Shown here: piece by piece, positions 56,001-64,000 of the stretch
Layout of the letters: every line of letters begins with the position of its first letter
How positions within the stretch are numbered: the first letter of the stretch is position 1
Assembly (NCBI GenBank): GCA_965644315.1
Contig: CBFFRQ010000069.1
Coordinates: forward strand, 248,001 to 312,000
DNA: 64,000 nucleotides
Origin: Caecitellus pseudoparvulus
Lineage: Eukaryota; Protista; Bigyra: Bicosoecida
Direction of reading: 5' to 3'
The notes under the pieces: model-generated
What the model was told of the DNA's origin: nothing
Databases searched by the model: none
The model's input: only the letters and a program-made list of their open reading frames with translations
Position numbers and translations under genes: made by a program

Positions 56001-59000
56001 CTGGCGGGGCCGTGTCTTGGACGAGGGGGGGGAGCGTCAGCGGCGGCGGCGGGGGCGGAGGCAGCACCCCCCCCCCTTCCTCCACCATCGCGCTGGCGTC
56101 CACCACGTGGTCCGGCGCTGGCGCCGGTGGCTTCTGCGGGGCGTCTTCCCTTGGCTGCGCTTGATCGGGCTTGTCCTGCTGGGAGGACTGCCCTGCCTTC
56201 TTGGCAGCTGGCGGGGAGGGGCGCGGGGGGGTGTTTCTCCGGGGCTTGTCCAGTGCCGGCCCAGGCGCAGGTGTTGATGCGGCGTGCACCTGCGCCCCCT
56301 CCACCCGCACCATGTCCAGCGGTTCGGCAGGTGGCGGGGAGGCCCTGCTTTGGCGCAGGGGGACGGGGACTTGCAGTCCATGTGGGCCCACCCCCCGTGC
56401 CCAGTCTCGCTTGCGCATGATGACGTGCACGTCAGGGGGGGGGGCTGCTCGGGCCTGCTCAGGCTGTGGGGGGGGCACTTGCAGGCCCTTTGCCTTGCGC
56501 AGGCGAGGGGCGGTGGGTGCCCCCCGGAAGTCCACCACGAGCGTCTCTTCCTTCCCTAGGAAGGGCCCTGGCGTGTCGCTATCGCTGTCGGAAGAGGAGT
56601 CCGAGCTGGTGGAGCTGGTGCTGGCACGAGGTTGGGGGGTCGCTGCAGGGCTGGCTGGGGGGAACAGCGCAGGCGACAGCGTGCGGGGCCGGGTGGGTGT
56701 GGGGGGTCGCTTCATGCCAGGAGGGGGCTGCACGCCTTCTTCCAGGCTGGTCTTGCCAGTCAGTGGACTGGGTCTGCGCTTGCCCTTCATGCCAGGGGGG
56801 GCCCGCGGGGGGTGGAGGAGGGGGGCGTGGGGGTGCCTTCCCTCGCGCTGGCTTGCCCCCCCCCGCGGGAACCCGGCCAGGAGGGGGGGTCATGCCTGGC
56901 GGCCGAGCCGGAGGCTCTGCCTTCCCTGGCACCGGCTCAAGCTTGGGTTTGTGTGTGGGTTTGGGCGTCGGCTTCGGCATGGGCTTGGACCCCGCATCGC
57001 CAGGGATACCTTGTCTCTCCTCGGCAGCACCAGACGCTGCACTTGTGGAGACAGCAGCAGGCTTGGGGGGCGCAGCAGGCGAAGGGCGAGTGGACGTTTC
57101 AGGCCTGGAGCCCGGTCTAGGTGGGGGTGCCTTCTTGGCGGCAGCCTGTCGTTCAGAGGACACCGACCCGCTCGCACGCTGGGTTGGCTTGGGCGGCGGC
57201 GACTGGCGCGCTTTTTGCCGCTGCTGTAGCCGCGTCGCCCGGGCCGCGGCTTCCTTCTGCAGGCGCTCGGACCGTTCCTGGCGTTGTTCCGGGGAGAGGG
57301 GCGCGGCACCCCCGCCAGCTCCGCCCACCCCTGACAGATGGATGCCTTGTGGGGATGAGGCGGGGACTGTGTGGCTTGAGCCATACGGGTGCTCAGCGAT
57401 GCGCAGGGTGGGAGAGTGCTTGAAGGGGCCGTCCCGAGGAGGCGTGCTGGCCTTCGCGGCAGGCTTGGGACTGCCTTCCTGTCCCGCCTGGGCTGGGCCC
57501 CCTACTGCTGAGCCAGCAGGGCTCTGGCCGCGTGCAGTTTGAGTGGAGAAGGCACTGGGTGCACCCCCTCCAGGCGTGCGGACAGGTGGGCCCACTGGGC
57601 CCTCTCGTTTTGCTGCTTGTGCCGCCTCCGCCTCACGTCTACGATTGGCCAGACGAGCACTTCGCTCTGCCTCAGCAGCCGCCCTGGCCCGGCGCCGGAT
57701 CTCGGCAGCAGACTGCGGCGCGGTGGGGGTCGGCCTGGCACGTGGTACAGCTGAGGCTGCCGTCTTGGGGCCCGCTGGCGATGGTGCTGGGCTGGAGCTG
57801 GGAGGGGACCCTCGTCCAGGCGCCTGGGTGGGGGGCGTGCGGGGGCTGCTCCGCTGCAGCCGACGCTGCAGTCGAATGGCTGATTCGTCGGCCAGCCGCT
57901 CGCGCCTCGCCTGAGTGGTGGCGCTGACCTCCACCGGCTGCGACTGCGGCTGTTCGTGTTGGGGTGCTGTGCGTGGGCGGACAGGCGGGGCCTCCGCCTC
58001 ACTCACCCCGCCGCCGTGGTGCGCTGTGGGGGAGCTGAGGCGGGGTGTGGGTTCTGCCACAGGGACAGGCGAGGAGGCAGGCTGTCCAGAGGATGTGGAG
58101 CGGACTGGGCTGGGCTTGGGGGGCAGGTTCAGGGTCACGGGGCTGGGGGGGGACACGGGGCGGTGGGCCCACCCTCCGCCGCCTGGAGACAGCCCCCCAC
58201 CCGGACTGCGCGCCGAGGCAGCGGAGGGCGAGGACGACTCCCGTGCCACACGCCCCATCTCCCGCCGCAGGGCTGAGCGGAAGGCGGCAGAGGCCAGGAC
58301 GTGCTGGCGCAGAAGCGCCCAGCCCCGACTGCGGGGACGGGGCAGGTCCGGCGCCCCCGAGCGGAAGCTGCGCGTTCTGGGGATGGTGTCTTGCCGGCTG
58401 GGCAGGGGGGGGGATGGCGTGTTGACAGGGGAGGGCGGCGTGGTGACCTCTGGCGTGGGGGACAGCCCCCGTGGGGGGGAGGCGTAGCCCCGTGCCGCCC
58501 CCCGCTGGGCGGTGTAGTGTTCCGCCTTGGCGCTGGCGAAGGCCTCTGCCAGGCGCTGTGTAAGCGTGTCCACAGCCAGGCTTGCTCGCTGGGGCGTGCG
58601 ACGTGGCGGCATGCGGGGGTCACGGCGAGTGCGACTGCCTGCCCGACTGCGCGGTGCAGAGGCCAACCCCCCCATGGCCTCAGCTGCGGCAGACTCCACC
58701 GTGCCGGGGGGGGGCAGGGCAGCAGGCACTGATGTGCGCTGGGCGAGGGAGGAGGAGGCGAAGTTGGGGGGGGTGGATGTGGGGGACAGGGGGCCCGTGC
58801 CCCGCGGCGCCGTCCGGTTGGCTCGTGCGCTGGACTGCTTGGCCTGCTGAGCCCGGCGCCGCAGCTTGGCGTCGTCATCCAACTCCGAGTCGCTGGTGTC
58901 TGGGAAGGAGAACACGGGCCTGGGCCGGGCGGCCAGGGCGGGAGGGGATGTGCCGGGCAGGTTGGGGGGCGCCGAAGACGAGGCGGGTGGCTCCTGAGCC

Positions 59001-62000
59001 AGCGGCAGCACAGCCTGCGTGCCATGGGCATCGGGTGTGGGCGGCACTGTGGGCAGGGTCAGGCCGCTCTCCAAGTTCAAGATCTCCGCCCCGGGGGGGA
59101 GGCTGGAGCGCCGTTTGCCGGCGGACGACGTGCCCCGCAGCTCAGGTCGCGACACGGGCGACGCGCTGCGGGTGGGGGACTCGGAGTCTGACGTGTCTGA
59201 CCGGTTCAGCGCGTCGCTGCGCCGTGCCAGCACGCGCTCAGTGCGGGTGGACGACTCCGCCGCCAGCGCTTGGCGCCGTGCGGTGGCGACGCCGTCTGGG
59301 AGCGGCGACGCGCTGCGTGTCGGCGGCGGGAGCAGGATGGGCGAGGCGGGGGGCGAGTCCTTGGTCGCGTTCGTGGTGGTGCGGGCAGCTGGCGGTGGGG
59401 CCGCCGCCGCCTCCTCCTCTTGTGCGCGCCGCGCAGCCTCCACCGCCCTCGCGTACTCCAGCTCAGGCACGAGGCTGGCCGCGGGCACGTCACTCGCCCC
59501 GGCGCTGCGCTGTGCACGGGCCTGCTCTGCAGCCTGGCGCAGCTCCGCCCGGCTGGGCATCGGCGCTGGGGCGGGGGCAGGTGCCACTGCCGGGACAGGG
59601 GCCTCTGGCGACTGTGCCGGCGCTCTGTCCCAGGCAGGGGGTGGCTGGGCCGGCGGAGCCGGCTGTGGCAGAACGGGCGGCGCCTCGGCCACCGCAGCCT
59701 TGGCAGCCTCAGCCGAGGCCTGCGCCCGGGCCGCACGGTCTGCCTCGGCGATGGCACGCATGGCAGCCCTGGAGGGGGGGGGTCGGCGGGGGGGCACGGG
59801 CGTCGCCTCTGCGTCACGCAGGGACGCCACCAGCATGCTGTCCCCCGGGACACGGCCCGTGGAGTCGCTGCGGGGAGGCGTCTCGTTCATGAGGGGGGGC
59901 AGCGGCTGGGGCGAGGGGGCTTCCGGCAGCGTGACGGGGTGCTCGCTTGCTGCTTGCCAGGCCGCCGCCGCCGCCTCCCGCGACCTGCTGTCCACAGCAG
60001 CCTGCGCCGCCTGTCGCGCAGCGGAGCGTGAGGGCGGCACAGCGCCCTGCCTGGGCTGCAGCGCGGCTTCAGCGGGTGGCAGGGGGGATGTGTGGGATGG
60101 TGGCGGCCCGGGGGGTGGGCGGGCCCGCTCACCGCCCACCACCGGCGACTGTGCCACCTGCCTGTGCATGTCAGCTTGGGCCAAGGCGGCTTGGGCGCGC
60201 TGGAGCGCCTGTGCGTCTGTCATGGATGAGAGGGGGGTGGGGGCCGCTGCGCCAGTGGGCGCGGGGCGGCTGGTCAGGGGCAGGGACGCCACCGACTCGC
60301 CTGAGGAGGCAGAGGGCAGGCGGGGGGGAGACTCAGCACCCTTGGCAGTGCGCGCTGCTGCTGCCTTGGCTCGCACCTCCTTGGGGGACGGTGCGGGTTT
60401 GAGCTGGGGCGGCGTGTCCCCCGGCACCAACGGGTGCAGTCCAGGCGAGTTGGGCGCCGCGTCCCCTCCGCTGCTGACGGAGACGACGGAGGAGGGGCGG
60501 GGCGGCGTCAAGCGGCGGTGCCGCAGGAGGTTGGAGGAGGTCGCCTCCACCACCTCCCCGCCCAGGCTGTCTGTGGGACTGGTGGACTCGGCCCGCAGTG
60601 GTGCCGCCGCCGCCGCCGCCGCCCCGCTCCGGGCCATGGCCGCCCGGTGGGTGGGGGACAGGGCGCTGGGCTGGCTCAGGCGCTCCAGCTCAGGCAGCGG
60701 CGGCAGCCCTGCCTCGGCGCGCTCAGCAGCCATGCGCTGCGCCACGCGCACCCGCGCAGCTGCCAGCTTCTCCAGGCGGCTGTTCAGCTCCCGCTCCAGG
60801 CGGTGCTGCCGCGCCTTCCGGAAGCGGTACCCCACCAGCACGTGCGCCTTCAACAGCTTCCACCCCCGGTGGCGCAGGCGGCGGGGCGCGGCTGGGACTG
60901 GGGCAGGCTTGGGTTCAGCTGCTGCTGCGGGTGGGGCCGCCTGGGCATCCGGCGGAGCGTCCCCCCCTCGCCCCTGAGCCTCCTCTGCGTCCTTGGCGTC
61001 CAGGCGTGCACGCAGCTTGGCAATCTCCGCCTGCAGCACAGCCACGGCGTCTTCCTCCAACTTCACCACCGCCTGTGCCTCCTGCACACCCCCGTCGCCC
61101 TTCTCGTCCACTTTGGGCGGCAGCGTGCCCGGCCCCGCCGCCCCCGTCGCATCCTCCTGCACACGCACCCTGGCTGACAGGGCGGCCGCTGCTGTGCCTG
61201 CCGCCTCCTCCCCTCCCTTCTCGGAGGAGGTGGTGTCGTCGTCTGACCCCAGGCTGCCCCGCCCGTCGTCGCTGCTGCCGTCACCCTGCGCAGCCTCCAG
61301 CGCCGCACTCAGCGCCAGTCCTGGCGCAACGAACGGCTCTGGCCCCGCCTTGCTCTCCCGGGCCTTGGCACCCCGCTTGCGCCGGCGCTCTGCCGCCTTG
61401 GCCTTGGCCTCGTGGATGCCCAGGTCGCTGTACAGCAGCTGCCAGGCGTTCTCCGGCGTCGGCTGCAGGGGCAGCACTAGTGGCTCCTTGCCAGAGTGGC
61501 TCTTGTACAGCAGCTTCACAGCATCGGGCATGAGGGCCTCTGTGCCAGCCTGGCCAGCCAGTGGCGGGAAGACGCCGTCTGCCGTGATCTCCAGCAGCTG
61601 GGACAGCATGCGGTCCAGGAACACCTCCCGCTTCTTGCACCAGCCGTCCGGCTCGCCTTCGTCCTCTGTCTCCGAGCCCCCGCCGCCGCCGCCGGCAGGG
61701 CCGCCGCCCTTGGACTTGCGGGATTTCTTCTTCTTCTTGCGGGAGGCACCGGCACCACCGGCACCGCCAGCTGCCGCCCCAAGCACATTGCGCACTGGGG
61801 TCTGAGACAGAGGGGAGGCGTTCACCAGCCAAGGCTTCAGGTCTTCATCCAACAAGAAGCCAAACTCCACCACGGACAGGGAGCGGTACCCAGGGGGGTG
61901 GGGCGGGGGCCCCACGCCTTCACTGGCGTGGAAGGCGGGCGCAGGGCCGACCACGGCACCCCCCCCCTCAGTGGGTGACGGCACACCCCTCGCCGCTGCA

Positions 62001-63991
62001 CTGCGCACGGCATCCACATACTCCGGCATGAGCCAGTGCACGGGGTGGTCGGCGTCCCCCCGCACATCGGGCGGCAGCGCCTCCAGGGAGGGCGGGTAGT
62101 GGCACGCCACCAGCACATCCAGCACGATTTGCTTCATGCTGGGCAGCACCACATCGAAGAGCACGTTGGGCGGCGGCGCCGGCGACATCTGGTATGCCAG
62201 GATCTGCTGCAGCTCTGCCAGGGTGAGTGTGTTGCCCTCCTCGTACCGCCCGTAGTACTTGGACAGCACCTGTGCCACTGGCGACGTGTTGTGCACCGCC
62301 GCGTTCGTAAGGCCGCGGGGCTTCTTGATGTCCAGAGTGAACTTTCGACTGGCAGTGCGCACGAGGGCGTCGTCGAACACGAACACTTCTGTTCCGGATG
62401 CGCTCTGCACCAGGGCCGTGTACACGCGCAGGTCTAGCTTACGCTCCCGCATGAGCAGCAGGGGTCGCTCCACGTACTTCTGCAGCAAGTACCGGCCGTG
62501 CAGCTCTGTGCCGAGAGCCTCGTGCACCCGGCGTGAAGCGCGGAACAACGCCAAGTCGTGACCACCCACGCCACACCACCCGTCTGCCTCCCGCAGCGCA
62601 GTGCTGACTGTGCCATGGTGCAGCACCCGGCCGCCATCCGGACCGGCCTTTCGCCCACGAGGGCGCAGTGCCGGCCAGCTGGCCTCCACCGGCGTGTCTC
62701 CGGACCCACCCCCCACTGACGCGCTGCCACCATCCGAAGACTCGGGGATGGAGCTGATGCTGGTGCTGGCACCCGACCGCCGCCTGGCTTTGCGTGGAAG
62801 ACCAGGGGTCAGGATGGGAAGGCCGCGATCTGAGGTCGTGTCCTGTGCCTCCGGCGCCACTGCCGTGCACCAGCCCGCCGGCCCCACCTCCTTCAGCACC
62901 CACACATTCTCCAGGCAGTGCGATGCAGGCATGGAGGAGGGTGGGTACCGCCGCGCTTTCAGCTGTGCAAAGTGCCTGCCGAAGCCCCACTCAAACACCG
63001 CCTCGCGCCGCGCCTGCTCGTCCGGCGCAAGCTCTGGCGCCGGCACTCTGGGCATGTCCTCCTCGGCAGCTGCGCCCGTGGAGGGCCCACCACTGGCCCA
63101 GCCCTCAACCACGAAGGTGGTCGGCACAAAGTGGAAGATGTCCTTGCCTCTTTGGGCGCAGTACACCGCCAGGCGCCGCAGCATCTCCAGAGTATCGTAC
63201 ACGGCAGCCAGTGGGCCGTGGATGGGGCCCCCAAACACCAGTGGCAGGGGGTGGCTCGGCCTGAGCAGTGGCAAGGCAAGGGTCGTGGTGCAGGTGTGTG
63301 GGCAGCGCAGCGGGGCGAGGTGGTGCGGGCCCGGCCTGGGGAGCCCCCATCCCCGCCTGCAACGCCAAGTTGCCGTGGCAGTTGCAGCGCCGATTTCCGC
63401 AGGGGCACTCACGTCTCTGGCGTCGTCCGCCGCAGCAGCTCAGGGAGTCTGCGCAGCAGCGTGGCAAAGTCCACAACGTTGGGAGACATCCCAATGGCAC
63501 CTCGTGGCACTGTTGTCAGCGCCTTGGGCACCGGGTTGTACAGTGGGAACATCTTCACGGGCTTGACATCCTCCTGCCCGGCGTTTAGCAGCTGGATGAA
63601 CTGCTTGCCCTCCACGAAGCCCTGCAGGTCCCCACCAGCTGCCGCAACACTCTGCACGACCCACCAAGGGCGTTCAGCCAGGGCTGCCCGTATGAGGGCT
63701 GCGCCATGCTTGCTGCGTTTGCGCGAGCTCCACTTGGCGCAGAGGTCACCCGTCGCCGCGAAGGCTGCTGTGTAGCTGGGGGGGCGCTTGGCCGAAGGCA
63801 CCGAGCTGGGACGGCGTCTGGGCGAGCCCCCTGCCCTGCCAGCCTTGGGAGAAGAAGCTGACATTCAGACCAGGGGCGGCCGGGGCGCTCCACGGGACGC
63901 GCGGGCTGCCCCGGACTGCAGCGCGGCTGCGGGTCGCTGCGACGCGCTGCTCTCGGCGCGAAGGACTTGCGGGCGTGGCTGCTTCCCTCAT
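53065..63991 (-). CDS. Giant tubulin-tyrosine-ligase (TTL) family-like protein with about 2900-aa Pro/Ala/Ser-rich tail; apparent frameshift near 56795-56801
   Basis: LIRAALAERPWW, FHFVPTTF, WVLK, LLQKYVERPLLL, RKLDLRVY, YEEGNTL and LDEDLKPWL. Two overlapping same-strand ORFs (56579-63412 and 53065-56790). Start uncertain and may lie beyond the window. Confidence 0.75.
53217..53350. repeat. 42-bp coding tandem repeat, about 3 copies
   Basis: Unit GCGAGCCCCTGGGGCTTGYCCCTGCACTGGGAGGCCCTCGAG encodes the 14-aa repeat SPRGSPRGPPSAGA on the minus strand. Confidence 0.9.
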
Positions 63992-64000
63992 GCAGCTGCA

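Noticed and set aside
4853-63991. Tubulin/cilium cluster (TBCC, IFT139, TTL-like)
   Set aside because: The genes are widely separated among unrelated housekeeping genes.

Overview
GC-rich (roughly two-thirds G+C by eye), very gene-dense eukaryotic nuclear DNA with short GT-AG introns. About 25 protein-coding genes and three identical tRNA-Asp(GTC) genes are packed with intergenic gaps often under 150 bp. IFT139, a TTL-family gene and the EF-1alpha sequence suggest a flagellated protist, possibly a heterotrophic stramenopile (inference only). Most genes are housekeeping: SLC12 transporter, RluA, TBCC, DDX41, MSH2, uL23m, IFT139, CPOX, STT3, UBE2T, EF-1alpha, CPT2, OXSM. The main points of interest are: (1) AATGCA lies in sense orientation just downstream of about 15 stop codons and forms the palindrome CAATGCATTG between three convergent gene pairs, a candidate non-canonical 3'-end/poly(A) signal; (2) a tRNA-Asp-anchored mosaic of direct and inverted repeats brackets an MSH2 gene that appears to lack domain I, and a copy of the MSH2 tail sits behind another gene; (3) a Kir-type channel has lost its TxGYG filter; (4) several unusual domain fusions occur (TPR-villin headpiece, STT3-WSC-like, ubiquitin-like plus beta-barrel, signal peptide-TPR-JmjC, F-box plus multipass membrane); (5) a giant, probably inactive TTL-family protein. 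Exon boundaries and start codons were inferred by eye, and no database searches were run.
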